DNA of 63,987 nucleotides, from assembly GCA_044372565.1 (NCBI GenBank), contig JBILRP010000005.1, positions 1 through 63,987 on the forward strand. The letters run 5' to 3'. The notes beneath the pieces were generated by a model. The model did no database searches. It was not told where the DNA came from and saw only the letters and a program-made list of their open reading frames with translations. Position numbers and translations under genes: made by a program. Shown in pieces: positions 56,374 to 63,987 of the stretch (the stretch's first letter is position 1; each line of letters opens with the position of its first letter). The DNA is from Bacilli bacterium. Lineage in GTDB: Bacteria > Bacillota_I > Bacilli_A > RFN20 > CAG-826.

Positions 56374-56787
56374 ATGACAAAAACATGCCGGAAATGTGGG
56401 ACTGCATTTAGTGATGATTTAAAAACGTGTCCCGTTTGTAAGACTGCCATTATTGTTGACCAACCCTCAGCAAATTCCAATGTGACTGCAAGTTATGCAG
56501 CCCTTCGAGACCAATTGGAACTTGTCTCTTTAAAATCTCGATATGCCTCAAGTCTATTGTTTTTTTTGGTCGGGTTTCTAGGGATTGGCTGGTTTTATCT
56601 TGGTTTTCGCCGCATGGGCCTGATTCATGGATTGATTTCAGTTCTTTCGTTAACCTTATCTTGGTTCATTGATCCAACATCATTATTCACCATCGGATTG
56701 CTCTTAGCGATGACGCAAACTGTCTTGTCACTTTTTTATTTATTTAATCCTGATGCAAAAGATGCACGGGGAGAATTGTTGAAGTAA
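56374..56787 (+). CDS. Zinc-ribbon / TM2-domain membrane protein
   Basis: N-terminal CRKCG...CPVCK ribbon. C-terminal TM2-like segment (LVGFLGIGWFYLGFRRMGLIHGL) plus a second TM. Confidence 0.7.
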   Translation: MTKTCRKCGTAFSDDLKTCPVCKTAIIVDQPSANSNVTASYAALRDQLELVSLKSRYASSLLFFLVGFLGIGWFYLGFRRMGLIHGLISVLSLTLSWFIDPTSLFTIGLLLAMTQTVLSLFYLFNPDAKDARGELLK

Positions 56788-56788
56788 T

Positions 56789-57508
56789 ATGATTCGGATC
56801 TTCGCCCAATGGCAAGACCGTGTCATCCTTAGTGAAGACAGTCACCATCACCTGGTGAATGTTTTAAGAGTTCAACCTCAGGAAATGATTGAATTGGTCA
56901 TCGATTCTTTGGTCTATCTCGGTAAAGTTCGTCAGTTAAAACCATTGATCATTGATCGCTTAGAAAAGATAGACAGCAATCACGAATTGCCATTTTTATT
57001 GACCCTCATTTATCCGGTCAGCAAAGGGGAGCGCTTTGATTGGGTTGTGCAAAAAGCAACTGAACTTGGGGTATTTGAATTGATTCCTTGCTCTAGTGAG
57101 CGCACGGTGGTTGTTTGGCAACCTGATGATTTACTGAAAAAATTTCTCCGATATCAACGCATGATTGATGACGCAACCTTACAATCCAAACGTGAAAAAA
57201 AAATGAAGATGGATCGTTATTTACCTCTTTCAGAAGCATTAAGGTTAACCTTTGATCATCGATGGATTGCTTCTGAATATCACTTACAACATGCGTCAAC
57301 TAAACAAAGTATCCCTCCCATTGCTCATGGTCAACGTGTGGCGATGGTGGTTGGCCCTGAAGGTGGTTTTAGCGAAAAAGAAATTCAGTTTGCCATCTCT
57401 CAAAAATTTCAACCCTTATCCTTAGGACCAACCATCTTAAGAACGGAAACTGCAGTGACAGTAGCGCTGTCGATGATTAGGGATCGAGGTATCCACATTG
57501 GCAAATAA
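56789..57508 (+). CDS. rsmE: 16S rRNA (uracil1498-N3)-methyltransferase
   Basis: SPOUT C-terminus VGPEGGFSEKEI ... LGPTILRTETA and a PUA-like N-terminus. Confidence 0.85.
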   Translation: MIRIFAQWQDRVILSEDSHHHLVNVLRVQPQEMIELVIDSLVYLGKVRQLKPLIIDRLEKIDSNHELPFLLTLIYPVSKGERFDWVVQKATELGVFELIPCSSERTVVVWQPDDLLKKFLRYQRMIDDATLQSKREKKMKMDRYLPLSEALRLTFDHRWIASEYHLQHASTKQSIPPIAHGQRVAMVVGPEGGFSEKEIQFAISQKFQPLSLGPTILRTETAVTVALSMIRDRGIHIGK

Positions 57509-58292
57509 CCTCTGGCAACGTTGGTTAGAAAAAAGACGATTCCTTAAATCAAAGGATGGGCAATATTTTTTAAATCAAAGAAGACGTTTGTTGCTTTACC
57601 CCGCCTTTACCGATTTATTTTTTTCTACCACGATTTTTTCAATGTTACAAGCTGTGATTATCTTAAAAGGTTTACAACAAAAAAAACAGATTGACGATTA
57701 TCTCAACATTCAAGGAATGGTCTCCATGCAAACCCATGGCAGAATCAAGCACCATTTAATTCGCGAACGGTTCTTACAAGACCTTCAATTCACCTATCAT
57801 TTTCTTGATGAACAACAAACCATCATTCTTCCATTTTTTAATCGGGCGATGAATTTCATTTATCGCCGTGAACCAGATAAATTATTTGATTATCCATATA
57901 GTCGATTGAATGAAGACTTCTCAACGTCGATTGTCGATGCATTTGAACATTATTCCTGGGGGTTGTTTTCTTCTGGATTTGTTCATTTAATTCCTCTTCA
58001 CGTGGGTGACAAGTCGGCACAAGCTTTTTATCAACCTGACGCACGGGTGGTTCTCGTCATCAATAAACAAGGCCGTTTAGATGTGACGATATCTTTGTTT
58101 GATCGAGGGATCAAACGACCAAATCTTCAAGACATATCCAAACGATTACTCCCAGCTTTAACCGCCTACTTTCACCATGATCGTCTCAGTTTTATTCAAG
58201 CGTTGGTCAAAGCAGGCTTCTTATCCTCGAAGTACGGCAACGCCATGCTTAGCACCAAGAATGCATCCTTTATTCGTCGTGAAAAAGAATAG
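57498..58292 (+). CDS. Hypothetical membrane-anchored protein (264 aa)
   Basis: Long ORF with an 11-nt overlap onto rsmE. One predicted TM segment (LFFSTTIFSMLQAVIILKGL). I recognise no family. Confidence 0.5.
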   Translation: MANNLWQRWLEKRRFLKSKDGQYFLNQRRRLLLYPAFTDLFFSTTIFSMLQAVIILKGLQQKKQIDDYLNIQGMVSMQTHGRIKHHLIRERFLQDLQFTYHFLDEQQTIILPFFNRAMNFIYRREPDKLFDYPYSRLNEDFSTSIVDAFEHYSWGLFSSGFVHLIPLHVGDKSAQAFYQPDARVVLVINKQGRLDVTISLFDRGIKRPNLQDISKRLLPALTAYFHHDRLSFIQALVKAGFLSSKYGNAMLSTKNASFIRREKE

Positions 58293-58301
58293 TGTTTTTC
58301 A

Positions 58302-58330
58302 TTGACTCAGGTCAGAAATCCCCATATAAT
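58302..58330 (+). promoter_or_regulatory. Candidate sigma-A promoter of rpmF
   Basis: TTGACT (58302-58307), 17-nt spacer, TATAAT (58325-58330). Confidence 0.6.
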
Positions 58331-58356
58331 ACATGAGGAAATAAGGAGGTGGTTTT

Positions 58357-58632
58357 ATGGCAGTACCGTTTCATCGCACGTCGAAAACAAGAAAACTAAA
58401 ACGACGCACGCATTTTAAATTGAAGGTCACTGGCTTAGTCACCTGCAGTAATTGCGGTAAACTCATCCGGTCTCATACCGTTTGCCCATCTTGTGGATTT
58501 TATGCAAAGAAACAAATTATCCAAGTTGGCGAAAAAGTAGCAGCAGCTCCAATCAAAGAAGCAAAAGCAAAACCAGTCAAGAAAGCTAAGAAAGCAAAAG
58601 TCCAAGCTGACGCTGGCGAAAAGAAAGAATAA
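58357..58632 (+). CDS. rpmF: 50S ribosomal protein L32 with Lys/Ala-rich C-terminal extension
   Basis: [19 protein letters not shown] ... CSNCG...CPSCG zinc-ribbon core, followed by about 35 extra residues ([35 protein letters not shown]). Confidence 0.9.
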   Translation: MAVPFHRTSKTRKLKRRTHFKLKVTGLVTCSNCGKLIRSHTVCPSCGFYAKKQIIQVGEKVAAAPIKEAKAKPVKKAKKAKVQADAGEKKE

Positions 58633-58652
58633 ATGCCCTCACGGGCATTTTT
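58631..58652 (+). terminator. Intrinsic terminator after rpmF
   Basis: AAATGCCC, loop TCAC, GGGCATTT, followed by TT. It overlaps the rpmF stop codon. Confidence 0.8.
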
Positions 58653-58654
58653 CA

Positions 58655-59323
58655 ATGATGCAACATTTAGCAAAATATATTGATCACACTTTATTAAAAC
58701 AAGATGCAACCTTTGCTCAGATTGACACGCTGTGCCAAGAAGCAAAGCAATATGACTTTATGTCGGTTTGTATTCAACCTCATTTTGTGAGTTTTGCCAA
58801 ACAAAAACTCGTTGAATCCTCGGTTAAAGTTTGCACGGTCATTGGTTTTCCTTTAGGGCAAAATACCAGAGAAACCAAAGTCTTTGAAACGAAAAAAGCG
58901 ATTGGAGAAGGGGCCGATGAAATTGACATGGTGCTTAACATTAGTTTGTTAAAAGCCGCGAAGTTTCATGAACTCTATCTTGAAATCGCTGATATCAAAT
59001 ATGCTTGCCAAGGACGCATCCTCAAAGTCATTTTAGAAACGTGCTTACTCACGAATGAAGAAATCATCAAAGCCTGTGAAATTGCCAAAGAAGCCAAGGC
59101 GGATTTTGTGAAGACTTCGACTGGTTTTTCTACAGGTGGTGCGACCGTTGAGCATGTTCGATTGATGAAAAAAACCGTCGGCGATAAAGTTCAAGTCAAA
59201 GCCAGTGGCGGGGTTCGCTCCTTAGGCGAAATGCAAGCGATGATTGAAGCTGGGGCAACCAGAATTGGCACGAGCAGTGGCATCAAAATTCTCCAAGGAC
59301 AAACGAGTCATCAAGCATATTAA
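58655..59323 (+). CDS. deoC: Deoxyribose-phosphate aldolase
   Basis: IDHTLLK, VCTVIGFPLG, KVILET and FVKTSTGF (Schiff-base Lys) motifs. Confidence 0.9.
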   Translation: MMQHLAKYIDHTLLKQDATFAQIDTLCQEAKQYDFMSVCIQPHFVSFAKQKLVESSVKVCTVIGFPLGQNTRETKVFETKKAIGEGADEIDMVLNISLLKAAKFHELYLEIADIKYACQGRILKVILETCLLTNEEIIKACEIAKEAKADFVKTSTGFSTGGATVEHVRLMKKTVGDKVQVKASGGVRSLGEMQAMIEAGATRIGTSSGIKILQGQTSHQAY

Positions 59324-59327
59324 ATGA

Positions 59328-59356
59328 TTGCCTTAGCAAAGATGCATGCGTATAAT
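59328..59356 (+). promoter_or_regulatory. Candidate sigma-A promoter of rpsU
   Basis: TTGCCT (59328-59333), 17-nt spacer, TATAAT (59351-59356). Confidence 0.45.
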
Positions 59357-59388
59357 ATAGAAGATTTAGGGTAAGGAGGTGGAACATT

Positions 59389-59562
59389 ATGGCAAAAACA
59401 CCCGTTCGTGAAAATGAAGCATTAGACGAAGCACTTCGTCGTTTTAAAAGACAAGTCAATAAATCTGGCGTCTTACAAGAAGCTAGAAAACGTGAGTTCT
59501 ATCTCAAACCAGGACTTAAACGTAAATTGAAGTCAAAAGAAGCTCTTCGTAAAAAATATTAA
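59389..59562 (+). CDS. rpsU: 30S ribosomal protein S21
   Basis: My translation gives [57 protein letters not shown] (57 aa, below the ORF-track cutoff). AAGGAGG SD lies 8 nt upstream. Confidence 0.9.
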   Translation: MAKTPVRENEALDEALRRFKRQVNKSGVLQEARKREFYLKPGLKRKLKSKEALRKKY

Positions 59563-59569
59563 TGAAGTG

Positions 59570-59596
59570 AAGGACCTGTCAAGGTCCTTTTTTCTT
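59570..59596 (+). terminator. Intrinsic terminator after rpsU
   Basis: AAGGACC (59570-59576), 6-nt loop, GGTCCTT (59583-59589), followed by a T-run. Confidence 0.8.
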
Positions 59597-59601
59597 TCCT
59601 A

Positions 59602-60777
59602 TTGATAAACGTGAACCGATTTTACGCCATTCAACAAGTCAGTGATCAAGATTGCGGACCAACCGCATTGAAATCATTGCTTGCTTATCTTTATCACAAT
59701 GAGAATTTTCTTTTTTTGCAAGAAAATTGGACCCGGCCAACGACCTTTAAACAAATGCTCGAGTATGCAAGTCATTTTGGGGTGACTTTAAAAGGATATA
59801 AACTCCATCATCCTAGTTCAGTCAGAGGACTCACCCAACCTTTTTTAGCGTTGATGAGAAATCCAAACGCCCATTATGTTTTAGTGATTCCCAAACAACA
59901 TCAAGGTTTTGAACTCATCGATCCACATGGAAAACAAACCATCATCACCGATCAATACTTTGATAAAACCTTCACTGGATATATCTTACTTGTCAAACAT
60001 ATCAAAGCAGAAACCAAAGCATCCATTCCCATGATCAAAATATTTTTTGAGGGCTTTTTTATCCTCAGCTTGGTGGTTTTTTTAAGCTTATTTCTCGTTT
60101 GGTTTTATGCTTCTACGATCCCAAGATGGATTGTGCCAACCTTGGGAGGGATTGCCGGCTCGGCCTGGCTAGTTTACGTGTATGGGCGAATGAGGTTTTT
60201 GGATTCGTTGATGGTGAAACATTACCTACATTTAATTCAACATCGGGTCCAATTTGTCAGATTTCATCAATGGAAACAAGGATGGTTACTCTTTCCATTA
60301 CAATCATTTTATCGCTGGATGGTGGTGACGTTCGTCATCACTTATGTGAGTTATGCCTCCATGACTTTCTTAATCCCGTTGCTTGTGTTGCACACCATCA
60401 CCCAAATATGGTTACCTTATGCGGAGCGTGGGCACCAAGATCAAATTGCTCAATTGCAAAAAAAGGAAGATGCATTAAAGTATCCTCGCGTAACCCTCAG
60501 TGAGATGAACCAATTAGGCAAGCAAGTCTTTCAACTGTTACACCACCATCTTCAACGCTGGATTATCTTTGGATTATCGATGGTTTTTATCATCCTGGTT
60601 TATGGTTATTTCTTTCCTTTTCAAGATTTTTTAAGTTGGATCACGATGGTGACGGTGATGGTGATCACCTTGCAACAACATCAACGTTGGTTGCGTCATC
60701 CCTATGAAAAATCATCATGGAGACAACAAGGATATCTCTTTTTGAATAACCAAGATTATGATAAGATTAAGTCGTGA
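59602..60777 (+). CDS. Peptidase C39-like cysteine protease domain fused to a polytopic membrane domain (no ABC ATPase domain)
   Basis: The N-terminal ~130 aa carry Q11...DCGPTAL (Cys18, TGC 59653-59655), NAHYVLVI (His91) and LIDPHG (Asp107), the C39 Gln/Cys/His/Asp pattern. About 5-6 hydrophobic helices follow. The gene ends in a GTGA overlap with ybeY. The start is TTG 59602 or GTG 59611. Confidence 0.65.
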   Translation: MINVNRFYAIQQVSDQDCGPTALKSLLAYLYHNENFLFLQENWTRPTTFKQMLEYASHFGVTLKGYKLHHPSSVRGLTQPFLALMRNPNAHYVLVIPKQHQGFELIDPHGKQTIITDQYFDKTFTGYILLVKHIKAETKASIPMIKIFFEGFFILSLVVFLSLFLVWFYASTIPRWIVPTLGGIAGSAWLVYVYGRMRFLDSLMVKHYLHLIQHRVQFVRFHQWKQGWLLFPLQSFYRWMVVTFVITYVSYASMTFLIPLLVLHTITQIWLPYAERGHQDQIAQLQKKEDALKYPRVTLSEMNQLGKQVFQLLHHHLQRWIIFGLSMVFIILVYGYFFPFQDFLSWITMVTVMVITLQQHQRWLRHPYEKSSWRQQGYLFLNNQDYDKIKS

Positions 60778-61220
60778 ATATCGATTTAATTGCCCCGTCC
60801 TCTTTACAAACTTATCATTTAGAAAAACTTTATTTACCATTATTAAAAAAAACATTAATGGCAACCAAACATTCTTTAAACGTCTTGGTGGATGTCACCA
60901 TCACCAATAACCAAACCATTCGCAAGTTCAATGCGTTGTATCGACAAAAGAATATGGCAACCGACGTCTTAAGTTTTTCTTTTTTAGAAAATGCCGAAAT
61001 GATAAAAGGTCAACCCATTCACTTAGGTCAACTGATCATTAGTTATCAAAAAGCTTTTACTCAGGCAAAAGCTTATGGTCATTCACGAGAAAGAGAATTT
61101 TCTTTTCTCTTTGTCCATGGTCTTTTACATATATTGGGCTATAATCATGAGACCGCCTCTGATGAGCAAAAGATGCTTGATCTACAAGACAAGATCTTAG
61201 GAAAGAGAGTGATTTCATGA
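60774..61220 (+). CDS. ybeY: rRNA maturation endoribonuclease YbeY
   Basis: HGLLHILGYNHE (H3xH5xH) metal motif. GTG start. Confidence 0.9.
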   Translation: MNIDLIAPSSLQTYHLEKLYLPLLKKTLMATKHSLNVLVDVTITNNQTIRKFNALYRQKNMATDVLSFSFLENAEMIKGQPIHLGQLIISYQKAFTQAKAYGHSREREFSFLFVHGLLHILGYNHETASDEQKMLDLQDKILGKRVIS

Positions 61221-61621
61221 AACCAGATATGTTAATTTCCCAAGCCATTGATGCAACCAAGCATTGTCATGTCCCTTATTCAAAATTTAAAGTAGGGGCA
61301 GCCATCTTAACCAAAGACGGAAAAATCATTCAAGGCGCTAACATTGAAAATTCTTCTTATGGTTTATCCATGTGTGCGGAAAGAACAGCGCTTTATCATA
61401 CTTATTTACAAGGCTATCGAAAAGATGACATCGTTGCCATGGCAGTCATCGGCCCAACGACTGGACCCATTTCTCCTTGTGGTGCTTGCCGGCAAGTGAT
61501 GGTGGAATTAATGAATGAAACAACCCCGATTTTTCTATCGAACTTAAATCGCATCACCCAAGAAACTTCCCCTAAAGGACTGTTGCCATTTGCCTTTACT
61601 AGCAAGGATTTAACCAAATAA
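61217..61621 (+). CDS. cdd: Cytidine deaminase
   Basis: CAERTAL and PCGACRQ zinc-binding motifs. Confidence 0.9.
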   Translation: MKPDMLISQAIDATKHCHVPYSKFKVGAAILTKDGKIIQGANIENSSYGLSMCAERTALYHTYLQGYRKDDIVAMAVIGPTTGPISPCGACRQVMVELMNETTPIFLSNLNRITQETSPKGLLPFAFTSKDLTK

Positions 61622-62493
61622 TGAAATCTGGATTTGTCGCCATCATCGGTCGTCCTAATGTTGGCAAGTCAACGTTACTCAATGCGCTGATTGGAAAAAA
61701 AGTATCGATTGTTTCCAATAAACCACAAACCACACGCTTAGCGATTCAAGGGGTTTACCATGGTCGTGGCTTACAAATTGTTTTTGTCGACACCCCAGGC
61801 ATTCATAAACCAAAAGCCCGATTGGGTGAAATCATGAATGCGCAAGCTTATGCTGCCCTTCAAGATATCGATGCGGTCATCTTATTGGTCGATGCCTCAA
61901 AAGGTTTTGGGGCCGGGGATCAATTCCTTGTTCAGCGTTTAACAGTCATTCCTCAATTAATGGTGGTCTTTAACAAGATTGATCAAACCAATGTTCAACT
62001 CATAGAGCAACTAAAGTCAACGTATCTAACCCTATTACCTCAAGGAAAACAAATGGAAATTTCTGCATTAAAAGGAACTTTTGTTGAAGATCTTATTGAA
62101 AACATCAAACCATTATTGAAGACGGGTCCAGCTTTTTTCCCAAAAGATGTCTTGACCAATTTTCCCGAAAGTTTTCAACTGATCGAAGCGATTCGTGAAC
62201 AAATCCTTCATTTAACTTATGAAGAAATTCCTCATAGTGTGGCGATTGTCATTGACCAATTAAAAACTGAAGAAAACAAACGGCAATTATATGCCTCAAT
62301 CATTGTCGAAAAAGATTCACAAAAAGGAATCTTGATTGGCAAAGGCGGTAGCATGTTGAGAAAGATTCGCCAACGCGTGGTTCAACAAGTGGAAAAAAAC
62401 ATGGGGCTTACCTTGTCTTTAGAGTTGTTCGTGAAAGTCGAACCCAATTGGCGTGACTCGCCGAATCGCCTCAAGGAGTATGGTTTATTTTAA
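61621..62493 (+). CDS. era: GTPase Era
   Basis: GRPNVGKSTL, DTPG and NKID motifs, plus a C-terminal KH domain. Confidence 0.95.
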   Translation: MKSGFVAIIGRPNVGKSTLLNALIGKKVSIVSNKPQTTRLAIQGVYHGRGLQIVFVDTPGIHKPKARLGEIMNAQAYAALQDIDAVILLVDASKGFGAGDQFLVQRLTVIPQLMVVFNKIDQTNVQLIEQLKSTYLTLLPQGKQMEISALKGTFVEDLIENIKPLLKTGPAFFPKDVLTNFPESFQLIEAIREQILHLTYEEIPHSVAIVIDQLKTEENKRQLYASIIVEKDSQKGILIGKGGSMLRKIRQRVVQQVEKNMGLTLSLELFVKVEPNWRDSPNRLKEYGLF

Positions 62494-63206
62494 AAACGTT
62501 ACCAGCTTTTATTCTCCGACAAACCCCCTATCGTAACGCGGATGGCATCCTTGAAGTGTTAACCCCAGAGGGTTTTTTAACTGTTCAGGCACGTGGGATG
62601 ATGAAAATGACCTCGCCTTTTCAGGCTGTCACCAGCCTAGGGGCATGGGCGGAATTAACCTTATCGGTGACCAAACAAAAGCATTACTTAGAAAAAGCAT
62701 CCTTAATCAAATTTGCCCCTTTGCCTGAAAAAGAAGGTTTACTGGCGAGCATGATGATGCAAGTGGCCATGCAAATCCTATTATTCAATGATGCCAAACT
62801 TGAAAGCCCTATGCTTTATCCCTTACTCGTAAATTTTAGAAACCAAGAACAATCTCCGATATGGCATTGGTTGAGATTATTGACCTCATATGCCTCTTTA
62901 CAAGGCGTTCCCATCGTCATTGATTATTGTGTGGTATGCCAACGCAAAGAGAAAATTGTTGGCGTTTCTACTCAATTGGGTGGATTAATGTGTCAGTCTT
63001 GTTTGGCAAAAAACGATGCAAAACCCTATCCAGCCCTCACCTTAACTCGACTTCGCCAGTTGCATAAATTAACGACAATCGCGGGAGTAGATAAGGATTA
63101 TTTACCTTTAGTTCCGATCATTCACGACCATCTTGAGTATCACCTTGATTGTGACATCGAAGGATTAAAAACCTTACGATTGATGATGCAGAAAATACAC
63201 TTATAG
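62487..63206 (+). CDS. recO: DNA repair protein RecO (start codon unresolved)
   Basis: RecO-like OB N-terminus (AFILRQTPYRNADGILEVLTPEGFLTVQARG) and a Cys4 zinc motif (CVVCQ...CQSC). The reading frame stays open and RecO-like upstream of the track GTG at 62556. The only SD-spaced candidate start is ATT 62487. Confidence 0.8.
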   Translation: MLKTLPAFILRQTPYRNADGILEVLTPEGFLTVQARGMMKMTSPFQAVTSLGAWAELTLSVTKQKHYLEKASLIKFAPLPEKEGLLASMMMQVAMQILLFNDAKLESPMLYPLLVNFRNQEQSPIWHWLRLLTSYASLQGVPIVIDYCVVCQRKEKIVGVSTQLGGLMCQSCLAKNDAKPYPALTLTRLRQLHKLTTIAGVDKDYLPLVPIIHDHLEYHLDCDIEGLKTLRLMMQKIHL

Positions 63207-63210
63207 TAGG

Positions 63211-63239
63211 TTGACACGTTTATCTAATCTTGAGACAAT
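63211..63239 (+). promoter_or_regulatory. Candidate promoter of glyQS
   Basis: TTGACA (63211-63216), 17-nt spacer ending in TGa, GACAAT (63234-63239). Confidence 0.4.
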
Positions 63240-63266
63240 ATCGATCGTGCATGAAAGGAAATCATC

Positions 63267-63987
63267 ATGAATTCATTAACTTTTGAGCAGCTCGTGACCC
63301 ATTTAACAAGTACTGGTTTTGTTTTTCAAGGTTCTGAAATCTATGGTGGATTATCCAACACGTGGGATTACGGTCCTTTAGGCGTTGAACTTATCCAAAA
63401 TCTTCGCAAAGCATGGTGGAAGAAATTTGTTCAAGAAAATCCAATGAACGTTGGGGTGGATTCTGCCATCTTCATGAACCCTAAAGTTTGGGAAGCAACG
63501 GGCCACGTCGCAACCTTCAATGATCCGTTGGTGGATTGCAAAAATTGTAAAACCCGTCATCGCGCGGATCAATTGATTGCCCAAGCTAAACCTAACATGG
63601 ATATTAGTAAGATCCCAAGCCTTGAATTAGGCAAAGTTTTAAAAGAAGAAAAGATTGCTTGCCCTAAATGCGGTAGTCATGATTTCACCGATATTCGTCA
63701 ATTTAACATGATGTTTAAAACCCACATTGGCGTCATCGAAGATAGCAAAAATGTCGTTTATTTAAGACCAGAAACCGCGCAAGGAGTATTTGTTAACTTT
63801 AAAAGTATCCAACGAACCACAAGAAAAAAAGTCCCCTTTGGCGTCGCCAGTGTGGGTAAGGCGTTCCGTAATGAAATCACCCCAGGAAACTTTACCTTTA
63901 GAACCAGAGAGTTCTCGCAAATGGAGCTTGAGTTTTTCTGTAAGCCAGGCACCGAAGCCCATTGGTATAAGTATTGGCAAGATGCTG
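63267..63987 (+). CDS. glyQS: Glycine--tRNA ligase (single-chain GlyQS type), 5' part; continues beyond window
   Basis: My translation gives [42 protein letters not shown]...[17 protein letters not shown]. It is absent from the ORF track because there is no stop within the window. Confidence 0.9.
   Translation, partial: MNSLTFEQLVTHLTSTGFVFQGSEIYGGLSNTWDYGPLGVELIQNLRKAWWKKFVQENPMNVGVDSAIFMNPKVWEATGHVATFNDPLVDCKNCKTRHRADQLIAQAKPNMDISKIPSLELGKVLKEEKIACPKCGSHDFTDIRQFNMMFKTHIGVIEDSKNVVYLRPETAQGVFVNFKSIQRTTRKKVPFGVASVGKAFRNEITPGNFTFRTREFSQMELEFFCKPGTEAHWYKYWQDA

Noticed and set aside
63207-63266. Expected T-box leader upstream of glyQS
   Set aside because: The gap is only 60 nt and holds just a promoter-like TTGACA...GACAAT and an SD. 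There is no room for Stem I or a T-box sequence.

Overview
This window is a very gene-dense core-chromosome segment, mostly on the + strand, from a low-GC Bacillota/Mollicutes-type bacterium. It is read with the standard code: TGA is used as a stop, for example at infB and comEA. Gene order follows the Bacillus-type backbone as I recall it. The main blocks are:
- rimP-nusA-ylxR-ylxQ-infB-rbfA-truB-ribF-rpsO-pnp, then RNase J and ftsK
- alaS-ruvX-DUF1292-greA
- comEA-comEC-holA, with rpsT on the opposite strand
- lepA-hemW-hrcA-grpE-dnaK-dnaJ-rsmE
- rpsU ... ybeY-cdd-era-recO-glyQS

Inserted into this backbone are:
- an agmatine-to-putrescine pair (aguA/aguB, minus strand)
- a ten-gene type II fatty-acid synthesis cluster (acpP-accBCDA-fabHDGFZ), followed by a very short biotin-protein ligase and then gnd-like/zwf
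- a cyclase/formamidase-family gene coupled to fmt
- a PD-(D/E)XK-nuclease/XPD-like helicase fusion
- several uncharacterised, mostly membrane-anchored proteins

A CrtI-type desaturase fragment at the left edge, together with FASII, standard-code usage and the absence of sporulation or cell-wall genes, suggests an Acholeplasma-like lineage. That assignment is inference only.

RNA and regulatory elements I can read directly:
- an Ala-specific T-box leader before alaS (specifier GCC)
- a near-consensus CIRCE operator plus a second degenerate copy before hrcA
- several sigma-A-type promoters and intrinsic terminators
- a terminator-like hairpin in the rimP-nusA leader

I saw no rRNA, tRNA, CRISPR, transposase or prophage signal. 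I found no unambiguous self-contained novel system. The most unusual loci are an orphan C39-peptidase/transmembrane protein with no ABC ATPase, coupled to ybeY-cdd-era; a degenerate-Fic/wHTH protein with a coupled small membrane protein between lepA and hemW; a 169-aa mini biotin ligase; a formamidase-family gene in the slot where def usually precedes fmt; an RNase J with a degenerate catalytic motif; and a recO with no canonical start codon.
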